NCBI GenBank assembly: GCA_049323295.1
Contig: JBMOON010000017.1
Location: 258,724 to 322,723, forward strand
Direction of reading: 5' to 3'
Source: Pseudomonadota bacterium
GTDB lineage: Bacteria; Pseudomonadota; Gammaproteobacteria; Pseudomonadales; JADFDG01
DNA length: 64,000 bases
Part shown: piece by piece, positions 43,760 through 54,498 of the stretch
Layout: every line of letters starts with the position of its first letter
How positions within the stretch are numbered: position 1 is the first letter of the stretch
Notes under the pieces: model-generated
The model's input: only the letters and a program-made list of their open reading frames with translations
Databases searched by the model: none
What the model was told of the DNA's origin: nothing
Program-made: the position numbers and the translations under genes

Positions 43760-44308
43760 TCAGCGGCCGCTGCGGCGCCAGGTTTCGGGCTGCACTTCCA
43801 CGCTGCTGCCCTGGCTGCTGACGAATGCGATGCCGTCCTGGATCGTGACCTGCCATTCCATGGTGCGCCCGGCCAGCGCCGCCAGCGCGGCGCCGGCTTC
43901 GGCCGGAATGCGCAGCACGGTGAGATTGTCGAAGCGGGCGAGTGCCGGCGCGGTCTTTTCCCACCATATTTCCGGCGCACGGGCGCCGAAGGCGATCACC
44001 ACGACCTCGCGCGAACGGTTGCAGGCCTTGCGGATGCGCGTGTCGTCCGGCAGGCCGACTTCGATCCAGCGCACGATGTCGCCGGTGAGGTCCTTCTCCC
44101 AGAGATCGGGTTCGTCGTCGGTGCTGATGCCGCGGGTGAAGGCAAGGTGCTCGCCGGCATGCAGCGCATAGGCGAGCAGCCGCACCATCAGCCGCTCTTC
44201 GGTTTCCGAAGGATGCAGGGCGAGGGTGAGCGGGTGATCCGCGTAGTAACCGCGGTCGGTGTCGGCGACGTTGAGCTGTGCCTTGTAGACGGTGGCCTTG
44301 AGTGCCAT
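43760..44308 (-). CDS. yaeQ: YaeQ family protein
   Basis: MALKATVYKAQLNVADTDRGYYADHPLTLALHPSETEERLMVRLLAYAL is collinear with E. coli YaeQ as I remember it. Only the last 182 codons of the track ORF are real. Confidence 0.9.
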   Translation of the reverse strand: MALKATVYKAQLNVADTDRGYYADHPLTLALHPSETEERLMVRLLAYALHAGEHLAFTRGISTDDEPDLWEKDLTGDIVRWIEVGLPDDTRIRKACNRSREVVVIAFGARAPEIWWEKTAPALARFDNLTVLRIPAEAGAALAALAGRTMEWQVTIQDGIAFVSSQGSSVEVQPETWRRSGR

Positions 44309-44364
44309 CGCTGGCTCCGGCGGAAGCGGGGGGCCATCTTCCGCCATCCGCCGGCGCAGCGGAA

Positions 44365-44724
44365 TCAGCGCTCGTCGTCGAACAGGTCGCCGGTGGTGTT
44401 TTCTTCGGTGACGAGCTCGGTGGCGATCTCGGCCACGGTGTCGATGAAATCGGCCCGTTCCTCGGGATCGTCCGAATGTTCTTCGGCGGCCAGGGCCAGC
44501 ACGGTCGAGCAGGTGGCCATCAGCTCCTCGAGCAGCTTGTCCGGATCGCCGCCGGTGGCGGCCCGGATCTCGTCGAGGTAGTCGTCCATCAGGTCGCCGA
44601 GCTCGCCCATGAACTCTTCGCGGATCGGTGCCACCGTGTCCTCCCGCTCGGCCTCGAGGCGGCGACGGACATCGGCGAGGTGAACGACTTCGCGGGTACG
44701 TTCCCTGAACTTGTCCTGGGACAT
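44365..44724 (-). CDS. small, highly acidic cytoplasmic protein of unknown function
   Basis: 119 aa (MSQDKFRERTREVV...DLFDDER), GAGGAG SD, Asp/Glu-rich and helical. The track ORF extension upstream is implausible. Confidence 0.6.
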   Translation of the reverse strand: MSQDKFRERTREVVHLADVRRRLEAEREDTVAPIREEFMGELGDLMDDYLDEIRAATGGDPDKLLEELMATCSTVLALAAEEHSDDPEERADFIDTVAEIATELVTEENTTGDLFDDER

Positions 44725-45067
44725 GGGTGACTCCTCGCCGGGGGCGAACTGCTGACTGGAAGGGGAGACCCGCCACGCGACGGGGCGGATGCGGGGGGCA
44801 ATATGGGACCGCCTGCCGACAGGGACAAGGAGGGAAAACCCGAGGTTCCCGCCGATTTCCGCCCGCCGGTCGGGCAGCCGCTGCCCGGGTGCAGGGATGC
44901 CCATGGAAATCAACGGGTTGGATGCGTCAGTCTCGGTCAGCGAGCCGGCATCCACCGGCCCGTACCGGGCAGGCTATGTTCGCTGCTCGCCGTCCGGTCG
45001 TACGGGTCGGGCCGGACCGGTCAGGCGAACGACCTACATGAACCGTCCAGAGAACAAGGAGAAGGGG

Positions 45068-45412
45068 ATGAAGATGTTCTGGCAGGCCGGCCTGATGGCC
45101 GGCGTACTGGCCCTGGTACCGGCCGCGATGGCCGAAGACGCTCCGGCCGCGGCCGCTGAACCGGCCGCGACGGCGGTCGAAGCGCCGGCCGCGGAGACAC
45201 AGGTGGTCACGCTGACGGCGCAGGGCGACCAGGCCGTGGTGGTCAATACCGGCAACGAAACGGCCGATGCCGTGGCCAACTACGCCGCGCAGTGCACCGA
45301 GCGCGCCGCTGCCCTCAAGACCTGCGACGGCATGGGTGGCTTCAAGGCCATGGGTTGTCGCAAGATGGCCGAGATGCGCTACAAGAACGTGACCAACTGC
45401 CCGCTGCAGTAA
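45068..45412 (+). CDS. small secreted four-Cys protein of unknown function
   Basis: Signal peptide MKMFWQAGLMAGVLALVPAAMA-ED and four Cys in the last 45 residues. AAGGAGAAGGGG SD region. Confidence 0.6.
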   Translation: MKMFWQAGLMAGVLALVPAAMAEDAPAAAAEPAATAVEAPAAETQVVTLTAQGDQAVVVNTGNETADAVANYAAQCTERAAALKTCDGMGGFKAMGCRKMAEMRYKNVTNCPLQ

Positions 45413-45430
45413 GCAGTCGTCGCGGTTGCC

Positions 45431-45467
45431 GGACGGCGCGTCGGACGACGCGCCGTTCCTGTTTCTG
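45431..45467 (+). terminator. probable intrinsic terminator
   Basis: GGACGGCGCGTC-GGAC-GACGCGCCGTTCC (one bulge) followed by TGTTTCT, 19 nt after the stop at 45412. Confidence 0.55.
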
Positions 45468-45542
45468 CAGCGCTGTTTTCCATGCCTTTTCAGGCGGCCC
45501 GCAGGCCGCATTCCACCCGGACCCACCCGATCGGCAGCACGC

Positions 45543-45773
45543 ATGTCCCGGAAAATTTCACGTCGCTTCTTTCCCCTGGTGTTCACCTTCTTCATGGCGC
45601 TGCTGATGGCATTCATCATGTCCGGCGTGATCACCGCCTTCAACACCGGGCTCGATGCGGCCTTTGTCGGTCGCTGGCTGCATGCGTTCGTGTTCGCCTT
45701 CGTCGTCGCCTGGCCGGTGGCCTATTTCGTGGCGCCGCAGGCACGCCGGCTGGCGGAAAGATTCTGCGAATAG
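45543..45773 (+). CDS. small two-TM membrane protein (DUF2798-like)
   Basis: 76 aa: RRFFPLVFTFFMALLMAFIMSGVITAFNTG...WLHAFVFAFVVAWPVAYFVAP. The family name is from memory. Confidence 0.6.
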   Translation: MSRKISRRFFPLVFTFFMALLMAFIMSGVITAFNTGLDAAFVGRWLHAFVFAFVVAWPVAYFVAPQARRLAERFCE

Positions 45774-45816
45774 ATCCGGCCGGCCCGTCGCCGGCCCTTT
45801 CAGGGAGGAAGCCGAC

Positions 45817-46524
45817 ATGTCGCGTTCGTTTTTTCCGGCGTTGATTTTCCTGCTGCTGTGCAGCGTCGCGGCCGTCGCGGGCGTTGCCCTGCAGGGCAGC
45901 TGGTCCGGCACCGCCGACGGCGAACCGCTGACGGTCAGTTTCGGCGCCAACGGCGCCGGCACGGTGAACGGCGCGCCGATGCGCTGGCAGCTCACGGGCG
46001 CTTTGCTGTTCGTCGAACAGGACGGCGCGGTCGCCACCTACCAGGTGCAGCAGCAGGGCGACCGGCTGCTGGTCAGCGGCGGCGATTTCGCGGCGCCGGT
46101 CACCCTGCAGCGCGGCACGGCGGCGAAGCCGGTCGCGAAAGCCGGCAAGCCGGCGGCGGGCGGCGGCAGCGCGAAGGCCGGCGAACTGGTCGGCAAGTGG
46201 TGCAAGGGCGGCAGTTTCAGCGCCAATGCCGGCGGCGGTTCGTCGAGCATGACCTGCTTCGAACTGAAGGCCGACGGCAGCTACACGTACGCGCACGAAG
46301 GCAGCATGAGCGCCTACGCGCCCGGCATGTGGGGCGGCACGTCCTCGCAGTCGAACGATGCCGGCCGCTGGAGCGTCAGCGGCGGCCGGCTGACGGCCAC
46401 CTCGAACGGCGGACAGACGTCGAGCTACGCGCTGGAGAAGCGCAATCACCCGAAGAACCGCGATCCGATGATCTGTCTCGACGGCGACTGCTACACCACG
46501 TACTGGCAGAAGGCGCCGTGGTGA
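45817..46524 (+). CDS. secreted protein of unknown function (two similar Gly/Ser-rich modules)
   Basis: Signal peptide MSRSFFPALIFLLLCSVAAVAG and AGGGAGG SD. The internally repeated pattern G.W.G...L...NG.G matches a later GRWSVSGGRLTATSNGG. Confidence 0.6.
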   Translation: MSRSFFPALIFLLLCSVAAVAGVALQGSWSGTADGEPLTVSFGANGAGTVNGAPMRWQLTGALLFVEQDGAVATYQVQQQGDRLLVSGGDFAAPVTLQRGTAAKPVAKAGKPAAGGGSAKAGELVGKWCKGGSFSANAGGGSSSMTCFELKADGSYTYAHEGSMSAYAPGMWGGTSSQSNDAGRWSVSGGRLTATSNGGQTSSYALEKRNHPKNRDPMICLDGDCYTTYWQKAPW

Positions 46525-46540
46525 GCGGCGCCGGCCGGAT

Positions 46541-47128
46541 TCACGGCGCGCGGACCTGCCTTGCCTGATACGCCGCGAGCAGCGGATCGCTGTCCTGGAA
46601 GAATTTCCAGGCCGTGGCCTGCACCGCCTCGGCTTCCGAGTAGGTCAGCGCGTTCACCCAGATGAAGGGCAGCAGGCCGAGCCACATGGCGCTCTTGCGG
46701 GTGATTTCGTACTCGTACTTGCCCTGGCGCTGACCGTCGATGTACAGGTCGTAGCGGATGCGCATGCCGTCCTTCGTGCTCCACGCCGGCGTGATGCCCA
46801 GCGTGGAATAGGACAGGTAGCCGGCAGCGACCACCGACAGCGGTACCGGCTTCTGCTCGACGTGGATAAGGCAGAACACGCCTTTTTCCGGCATTTCCTC
46901 GACCGCTTCGGTATCGCGGAACGGCGTGTCCTTGCGCAACACCTGCTTCAGCGCTTCCTCGCCGCCGCCGAAGCTGAGCGCATCGAATTGCGCGATCCGG
47001 TAGCTGAGGGCCTGGTAGGGTTTGGCGGGCGGTGCCTTGCCGACCATGTCGACGGGAAAATCCCGGTAGGTCATGCAGCCGGTCAGCAGCAGGGTGGCGG
47101 CGAGCAGGACAAAATGCCGGACGTTCAT
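46541..47128 (-). CDS. lipoprotein of unknown function
   Basis: Lipobox LLLTGC-M after MNVRHFVLLAAT; 195 aa; normal composition. Confidence 0.7.
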   Translation of the reverse strand: MNVRHFVLLAATLLLTGCMTYRDFPVDMVGKAPPAKPYQALSYRIAQFDALSFGGGEEALKQVLRKDTPFRDTEAVEEMPEKGVFCLIHVEQKPVPLSVVAAGYLSYSTLGITPAWSTKDGMRIRYDLYIDGQRQGKYEYEITRKSAMWLGLLPFIWVNALTYSEAEAVQATAWKFFQDSDPLLAAYQARQVRAP

Positions 47129-47165
47129 CGATCGTGTTCTCCTGGCGTTCGTGCGGGCAGGCTGG

Positions 47166-48203
47166 TCAGTTGTGCTTGTGCAGTTCGGCGTTCAGTTCGA
47201 CCGCCGACTTGTTGGTGAGGCATTCCACCGCGCCGGTGACCGAGTTGCGGCGGAACAGCAGGCCCGGTTTGCCGGCGAGGTCGCGCGCCTTCACCGTCTG
47301 CACGACCTGTCCCTTGTCGTCGAGCAGCGCGCACTTGGTGCCGGCGGTGATGTAGAGGCCGGATTCCACGGTGCACTTGTCGCCCAGCGGAATGCCGACG
47401 CCGGCGTTGGCGCCGAGCAGGCAGCCTTCGCCCAGCGAGATCACGATGTTGCCGCCGCCGGACAGCGTGCCCATGGTCGAGGCGCCGCCGCCGATGTCCG
47501 AGCCCTTGCCGACGAACACGCCGGCGGAAATGCGGCCTTCCACCATGCTGGTGCCGGCGGTGCCGGCGTTGAAGTTGATGAAGCCCTCGTGCATCACCGT
47601 CGTGCCTTCGCCGACGTAGGCACCGAGCCGGATGCGGGCGGCATCGGCGATGCGCGTGCCGGTCGGCACCACGTAGTCGGTCATGCGCGGGAACTTGTCG
47701 ACGCTGTGCACGGTGAGCGTTTCACCCTTCAGCCGCGCCTCCAGCTGCCGCTGCGGCAGCTCTTCGAGATCGATCGCGCCGGCGCTGGTCCAGGCCACGT
47801 TCGGCAGCAGCGGGAAAATGCCCTTCAGGTTGAGGCCGTGCGGCTTCACCAGCCGGTGCGAGAGCAGGTGGAGCTTCAGGTAGGCTTCCGGCGTCGAGGC
47901 CGGCTCGGCATCGGTGGCCAGCAGGGTCAGCACCATCGGCCGGGTGCTGCCGGCCAGCGTGCGCGCCAGACCGGCCAGCGCCTCGTCGCCGGCCGCTTCG
48001 GCGGCGGTGACGATGTGCATCAGTTCGTCGACGTCGATGTCGATCGCCGCGTTGCCGCCGGCATGGCCGACCGCGGCGGCGATTTTCTCCGACAGCGCTG
48101 CCGCCGGGCGCAGCAGCGGCCGCGGATAGTAGATTTCCAGCCAGCCGCCCTTGCGGTTCTTCGTGCCGATGCCCAGGCCGATGGCGAAGAATGCGTTGCT
48201 CAT
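47166..48203 (-). CDS. dapD: 2,3,4,5-tetrahydropyridine-2,6-dicarboxylate N-succinyltransferase (long form)
   Basis: 345 aa. Left-handed beta-helix hexapeptide repeats (GTRIADAARIRLGAYVGEGTTVMHEGFINFNAGT...). Conserved dapD-dapC-glnD-map synteny. Confidence 0.93.
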   Translation of the reverse strand: MSNAFFAIGLGIGTKNRKGGWLEIYYPRPLLRPAAALSEKIAAAVGHAGGNAAIDIDVDELMHIVTAAEAAGDEALAGLARTLAGSTRPMVLTLLATDAEPASTPEAYLKLHLLSHRLVKPHGLNLKGIFPLLPNVAWTSAGAIDLEELPQRQLEARLKGETLTVHSVDKFPRMTDYVVPTGTRIADAARIRLGAYVGEGTTVMHEGFINFNAGTAGTSMVEGRISAGVFVGKGSDIGGGASTMGTLSGGGNIVISLGEGCLLGANAGVGIPLGDKCTVESGLYITAGTKCALLDDKGQVVQTVKARDLAGKPGLLFRRNSVTGAVECLTNKSAVELNAELHKHN

Positions 48204-48350
48204 GTCGTCTCTCGCGGTTGAATGTTGTTGAAACGGGTTTGTATGGAAAGGTTTGTCACTCGTTCCGGCGCGCCGGGGTGGTCGATGACCTTCGCGAACG
48301 ATGAGTGCGCGACAGATCGCGACCGCCCCGGGCCGCCGGCGGCACGCTGC

Positions 48351-48695
48351 TCAGCCATACCGCTTCGAAAAATCCGCGGCATCGAACCCCACGGAAACGG
48401 CGGCGCCTTTCACCACCACCGGTCGCTTCACGATCGAAGGATTCTCCAGCATCAGCGCCCGTGCCGATTTCGCATCGATGTTCTCGCGGACTTTCTCCGG
48501 CAGCCCGCGCCAGGTCGTGCCCTTGCGGTTGAGCAGGGTCTCCCAGCCGACGGTTTTCAGCCAGCCGTCCAGCTGCGCCGGCGTCAGCGCTTCCTTCTTG
48601 AAATCGTGGAAGGTGTATTTCGCGCCGTGGTCGTCCAGCCAGGCCAGTGCCTTCTTCACGGTGTCGCAGTTGCGGATGCCGTACACGTGCAGCAT
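48351..48695 (-). CDS. ArsC-family reductase (YffB/Spx-like)
   Basis: MLHVYGIRNCDTVKKALAWLD...NRKGTTWR...PSIVKRPVV; 114 aa. Confidence 0.88.
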   Translation of the reverse strand: MLHVYGIRNCDTVKKALAWLDDHGAKYTFHDFKKEALTPAQLDGWLKTVGWETLLNRKGTTWRGLPEKVRENIDAKSARALMLENPSIVKRPVVVKGAAVSVGFDAADFSKRYG

Positions 48696-48716
48696 GGGTC
48701 TCGTTCCGGTGAGCGG

Positions 48717-49907
48717 TTACTTGAGCGTTTCGACGCAGCGGCGGATGCGCGCCACGCCTTCGCGGCATTCGTCGACGCCGGCGACCAGTGCCAGCCGGAT
48801 GCGGCCGGCGCCGGGGTCCTTGCCGTCGACGGTGCGCGACAGGTAGCGGCCGGGCAGCACGCCGACGTTCTCGCGCTCGATCAGCAGCCGGGCGAACTCG
48901 TCGTCGGCCACCGGCGTCTCCGGCCACAGGTAGAAGCCGGCGTCCGGCATGGCTACTTTCATCGCCGGCGCCAGGGTATCGATCGCGATGCGGAATTTTT
49001 CGCGGTACAGGTCGCGGTTGGCGCGCACGTGCGCTTCATCGTTCCAGGCGGCGATCGACGCCTGCTGCACGGCGACGCTCATCGCGCAGCCGTGGTAAGT
49101 GCGGTACTGCAGGAATTTCGCCAGCACCCGCGCGTCGCCGGCGACGAACCCCGAGCGCAGGCCCGGCAGGTTGGAACGCTTGGACAGCGAGTGGAAGGCG
49201 ACGCAGCGCGCGTAGTCGTGCCGGCCCATGGCGGCGCAGGCTTCGAGGATGCCCGGCGGCGGAGTCGTCTCGTCGAAATAGATTTCCGAATAGCACTCGT
49301 CGCTGGCGATGACGAAATCGTGGCGATCCGCCAGTTCGATCAGGCGGCGGAAGTCGTCGACCGACAGCACGGCGCCGGTGGGATTGCCCGGCGAGCAGAC
49401 GTACAGCAGCTGGCAACGGTCCCAGACGGCAGCCGGCACCGCCGCGAAATCCGGCTTCAGGCCGGTGGCGGCGGTGCAGGGCACGTAATGCGGTTCGGCG
49501 CCGGCGAGCAGCGCCGCGCCTTCGTAGATCTGGTAGAAGGGGTTGGGCGAAACCACCAGCGGTTTTTTCGCCGGATCGATCACCGCCTGGGCGAACGAGA
49601 ACAGCGCCTCGCGGGTACCGTTCACCGGCAGGATCTGCGTGCCGGCATCGATCTTCTGCAGACGGAAACGGCGCTGCAGCCAGCCGGCGACGGTCTCGCG
49701 CAGGGCGTCGATGCCGCGGGTATTCGGATACACGCTCAGTTGCGCCAGGTTTTTCGTCAGCGCTTCCAGCACGAAGGGCGGCGACGCGTGCTTCGGTTCG
49801 CCGATCGACAGCGAGACGTGCGGCTTGCCGGCCGGCGTCGTGCCCTTGAGCAGCGCCGCGAGGCGTTCGAAGGGGTAGGGCTGCAGGCGGTCGAGTTGCG
49901 GATTCAT
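48717..49907 (-). CDS. dapC: succinyldiaminopimelate transaminase
   Basis: PLP aminotransferase with SKRSNLPGLRSG (Lys site) and N-terminal LDRLQPYPFERL. Confidence 0.92.
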   Translation of the reverse strand: MNPQLDRLQPYPFERLAALLKGTTPAGKPHVSLSIGEPKHASPPFVLEALTKNLAQLSVYPNTRGIDALRETVAGWLQRRFRLQKIDAGTQILPVNGTREALFSFAQAVIDPAKKPLVVSPNPFYQIYEGAALLAGAEPHYVPCTAATGLKPDFAAVPAAVWDRCQLLYVCSPGNPTGAVLSVDDFRRLIELADRHDFVIASDECYSEIYFDETTPPPGILEACAAMGRHDYARCVAFHSLSKRSNLPGLRSGFVAGDARVLAKFLQYRTYHGCAMSVAVQQASIAAWNDEAHVRANRDLYREKFRIAIDTLAPAMKVAMPDAGFYLWPETPVADDEFARLLIERENVGVLPGRYLSRTVDGKDPGAGRIRLALVAGVDECREGVARIRRCVETLK

Positions 49908-49932
49908 CGGCGGGGCGGTGTCCTGTGGAGGC

Positions 49933-52608
49933 TCAGTCGTCGCTGTCGAGGCGGTCGCGCAGCGTCTGCTGCAGACGCTCGCGCAGTTCGATGTCGGTGA
50001 GCGGCTGGCCGTCGCTGCCGGTGACGAAGAACACGTCCTCGACCCGCTCGCCCAGGGTGGCGATGCGGGCGTTCTGCAGCAGCAGGCGGAATTCCATGAA
50101 GATGCGGCCGATGCGCGCCAGCAGGCCGGGCCGGTCGAGCGTGATCACCTCGATCACCGTGCGGCCGTTGCGGTCGTTGCTGATCGCGACTTCGGTCGGC
50201 ACCTTGAAGTGGCGGTACTGGCGCGGCATCTTGCGCTGCACCAGCGCCGGGAAGGCCGTCGGGTCGCGCAGCGCCTCGGTGAGCCGGCGGCGGATGTCGA
50301 GCATCCGCGGGCCGTTGTCGCCGATATGCTCGCCGTTCTCGTCCAGCACGATGTAGGTGTCGAGGGAAAAACCCTGCGGCGAGGTGATGATCTTCGCGTC
50401 GAGGATGTTCAGGTGCATGGTCGACAGCGAGGCGACCGACGCCGCGAACAGGTTCGGCATGTCGCGGGTGTAGACGAAGATCTGCGTCGCTCCCTCGAAG
50501 GCATGCTCGTGCGTGTTGCGCACCAGCACCAGCGGGCCGCCGTCGGCCGGGTGCGCCAGGATCGCTTCCGTGTGCCAGGCGACCTCGTCGGCACTGGCGC
50601 GCAGGAAATAGTCGTCGCCCAGGCCCTGCCACAGCTTCTGCACGTTGTCCTCGACGCCGTTCTGGCGCAGCAGGGCGAGCGCGCCGGATTTCGTCTCGTC
50701 GATCCAGGACTGGCGGTCGAGGCGGGTTTCCAGCCCGCGGCGCAGCGCCCGCTTGGTCTCGGTGTAGAGCTGTCGCAACAGCGTCGCCCGCCAGCCGTTC
50801 CACAGGTTCGGGTTGGTGGCGTTGATGTCGGCGACGGTGAGGCAGTAGAGGTAGTCGAGGTGGATCTGGTCGCCGACCGTGCGGGCGAATTCCATGATCA
50901 CGTCCGGATCCGACACGTCCTTCTTCTGCGCGGTGACCGACATCAGCAGGTGGTTGCGCACCAGCCAGGCGACGAGGTTGGCGTCCCACTTGCCCAGCCG
51001 GTGGTGCAGGCAGAAATCGCGCGCCTCGTTCTCGCCGATCTCCGAATGGTCGCCGCCGCGCCCCTTGGCGATGTCGTGGAACAGACCGGACAGGTACAGC
51101 AGCTCCGGTTTCGGCAGCCGCTGGTACACGTCGCAGACCAACGGGAATTTCTCGCGCACTTCCGGATAGCGGAAGCGGCGCATGTTCTTGATCACCTGCA
51201 GCGTGTGGTAATCCACCGTGTAGATGTGGAACAGGTCGTACTGCATCATGCCGACGACCTGGCCGAAGCCCGGCAGATAGGCGCCGAGCACGCCGTAGCG
51301 CTTCATTTCCAGCAGCGGCGAGTACAGCTGGTGTTCGCTGCGGATCAGCTCCATGAACAGCGTGATGGCGCGCAGGTCGTTGCGGAAGCCGTCGTCGATG
51401 CGGTGCAGGTTCTGCTTGATCAGGCGGATCGTCGAGGCACGCATGCCCTTGATGTCGGGGCTGGAGCCCATCAGCACGAAGGCCTCGATCAGTGCCGGCG
51501 GCGTGCGCTCGAACACCTTGTCGTGGGTGACCTCGAGGTAGTCGTTGCGCAGCTGGAAGCGGGCGTTCAGCGGCGTGATGACGTCCTGCTGTCCGGCATG
51601 CAGGATGGCTTCGTCCAGGTGCTGCAGCAGCATCTCGTTCAGTTGCGACACCACCAGCGCGGTGCGGTAGTAGCGCTTCATCAGCTGCTCGACGGCGAGG
51701 TTCGCCTTCGAGTCGCGGTAGTCGAGCAGGGCGGCGACGTTGCGCTGGTGGTCGAACAGCAGCCGGTTCTCGCCGCGGCCGGTGATCATGTGCAGCGCGT
51801 AGCGGATCAGCCACAGCGTGTCCTGGCTGTCGGCCAGCGCGCGGTGCTCTTCCTCGGTCAGGAAGCCGAGCGTCACCAGTTCATGCAGCGTTTTCGCGCC
51901 GAAATGCCGCTTGGCCACCCAGCCGACGGTCTGGATGTCGCGCAGGCCGCCGGGTGCGTTCTTCAGGTCGGGCTCGAGGTTGTATTCGGTGTTGTTGTGC
52001 TTGCGCCAGCGGGCGATCTGTTCGTCGTGCTTGGCGCGGAAGAATTCGCGGCTGGGCCAGACGAAATCCGGGCCGGTGCGGTGCTGCATGGCGGCGAACA
52101 GCTCGTCGTTGCCGGCCAGTGCCCGCGCTTCCATCAGGTTGGTGGCGATGGTGATGTCGGCGCGTGCCTGTTCGACGCATTCGTCGACGGTGCGCACGCT
52201 GGAGCCGATTTCCAGCCCGATGTCCCACAGGAAGGTGATGAAGGCGGTGGTTTCCGCCTTGTGCGCGCTGCCGGCGCCGTCGGCCAGCAGGACGAGGATG
52301 TCGACGTCCGAACCGGGGTGCAGTTCGCCGCGGCCGTAGCCGCCGGTGGCGACCAGCGCCACGTTGTTGTGGTCGGCCAGTCCGAAGTGCACCCAGGCGG
52401 CAACCAGCACGGTGTCCACCAGGTCGGAGCGCCCGCGCACCAGGTCACGCACCGGGGCGCCGGCGCGGAAGCCTTCGTTGAGCCAGAGCTGGGCGTCCTT
52501 CAGATAGGTGCGCATGGCCGGGCCGGGCGGGCCGGACATGCACAGCCCCAGCAGGGCTTCGACCGAGAGGGGGGCGAACGGGGCGGGGGGCGCGGCGACC
52601 TCGTTCAT
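49933..52608 (-). CDS. glnD: [protein-PII] uridylyltransferase / uridylyl-removing enzyme
   Basis: 891 aa. NTase motif (GGYGRGELHPGSDVDILVL), HD domain (FHDIAKGRGGDHS) and two C-terminal ACT-like regions. Confidence 0.96.
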   Translation of the reverse strand: MNEVAAPPAPFAPLSVEALLGLCMSGPPGPAMRTYLKDAQLWLNEGFRAGAPVRDLVRGRSDLVDTVLVAAWVHFGLADHNNVALVATGGYGRGELHPGSDVDILVLLADGAGSAHKAETTAFITFLWDIGLEIGSSVRTVDECVEQARADITIATNLMEARALAGNDELFAAMQHRTGPDFVWPSREFFRAKHDEQIARWRKHNNTEYNLEPDLKNAPGGLRDIQTVGWVAKRHFGAKTLHELVTLGFLTEEEHRALADSQDTLWLIRYALHMITGRGENRLLFDHQRNVAALLDYRDSKANLAVEQLMKRYYRTALVVSQLNEMLLQHLDEAILHAGQQDVITPLNARFQLRNDYLEVTHDKVFERTPPALIEAFVLMGSSPDIKGMRASTIRLIKQNLHRIDDGFRNDLRAITLFMELIRSEHQLYSPLLEMKRYGVLGAYLPGFGQVVGMMQYDLFHIYTVDYHTLQVIKNMRRFRYPEVREKFPLVCDVYQRLPKPELLYLSGLFHDIAKGRGGDHSEIGENEARDFCLHHRLGKWDANLVAWLVRNHLLMSVTAQKKDVSDPDVIMEFARTVGDQIHLDYLYCLTVADINATNPNLWNGWRATLLRQLYTETKRALRRGLETRLDRQSWIDETKSGALALLRQNGVEDNVQKLWQGLGDDYFLRASADEVAWHTEAILAHPADGGPLVLVRNTHEHAFEGATQIFVYTRDMPNLFAASVASLSTMHLNILDAKIITSPQGFSLDTYIVLDENGEHIGDNGPRMLDIRRRLTEALRDPTAFPALVQRKMPRQYRHFKVPTEVAISNDRNGRTVIEVITLDRPGLLARIGRIFMEFRLLLQNARIATLGERVEDVFFVTGSDGQPLTDIELRERLQQTLRDRLDSDD

Positions 52609-52615
52609 GGCGGCC

Positions 52616-53386
52616 TCAGAAGGATTCGTCGCGGCGGGCGGTCAGGACTTCACAGCCGGTGGCGGTGACCGCCAGCGTGTGCTCCCACTGCGCCGACAGC
52701 TTGTGGTCGCGGGTGACCACCGTCCAGCCGTCCGGCAGCAGCCGGGTATGGAAGGTGCCGGCATTGATCATCGGCTCGATGGTGAAGGTCATGCCCTCTT
52801 CCAGGGCCAGGCCGGTGCCCGGCCGGCCGTAATGCAGCACCTGCGGCTCCTCGTGGAAGACCTCGCCGATGCCGTGGCCGCAGTAGTCGCGGACCACCGA
52901 ATAGCGGTTGGCCTCGGCATGCTGCTGGATCACGTGCCCCAGGTCGCCCAGCCGGACCCCGGGCCGGACCAGCGCGATCGCCTTGTACAGGCATTCCTGC
53001 GTCACCCGGATCAGCTTCTCGGCAAAGGGGGTGGTGTCGCCGACCACGAACATGGCGCTGGTGTCGCCGTGCCAGCCGTCCTTTATGACGGTGATGTCGA
53101 CGTTGATGATGTCGCCCTTCTTCAGGATCTTGGTGTCGCTGGGGATGCCGTGGCAGACCACCTGGTTCACCGAGGTGCAGATCGACTTCGGGAAGCCCTT
53201 GTAGTTGAGCGGCGCGGGGATGGCCTGCTGGACCTCCACGATGTGGCGGTGGCAGATCCGGTCGAGCTCGCCGGTGCTGACCCCCGGACGGATGTGGGGG
53301 GCGATCATTTCCAGCACTTCGGCGGCCAGACGGCCGGCCACCCGCATCCGGGCGACCTGGTCGGGGGTCTTGAAAACGATGGTCAT
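52616..53386 (-). CDS. map: type I methionine aminopeptidase
   Basis: VCHGIP, DIINVDITV, GHGIG, TIEPM and EHT metal-ligand contexts; 256 aa. Confidence 0.96.
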   Translation of the reverse strand: MTIVFKTPDQVARMRVAGRLAAEVLEMIAPHIRPGVSTGELDRICHRHIVEVQQAIPAPLNYKGFPKSICTSVNQVVCHGIPSDTKILKKGDIINVDITVIKDGWHGDTSAMFVVGDTTPFAEKLIRVTQECLYKAIALVRPGVRLGDLGHVIQQHAEANRYSVVRDYCGHGIGEVFHEEPQVLHYGRPGTGLALEEGMTFTIEPMINAGTFHTRLLPDGWTVVTRDHKLSAQWEHTLAVTATGCEVLTARRDESF

Positions 53387-53649
53387 GGGGTAGGGGGCGG
53401 GGTCGCCCGGCAGGGGGTGTCTGTGCTATAAAGCGCGCCGCTTTCGGCGGGGCCGGAGGCCTTGCGCGGGACGCCGCATTCTAGCGGCTCCCCCGGGGTC
53501 CGGAAACGCCGGCGGTGAAACCGCCGACCCTGTCCATCATGGCCGGGGCGGTCAACCCAAAACACTCATGCATTCCGTCACGTCGTCCCGGGTGCCCGCA
53601 AGGGTAGGACGCCGGGGGATGCAGAGGCCCAACCCGAGCAGAGGAAAAC

Positions 53650-54402
<753 letters not shown>

Positions 54403-54498
54403 TTCCGCGCGCCGTCATCCGCGCCGTCGTACCAACGTTAGAAGGAGAAGGGGGCTATGCCCCCTTTTTCGAATCCACACGCATTCGAGGAATACACG

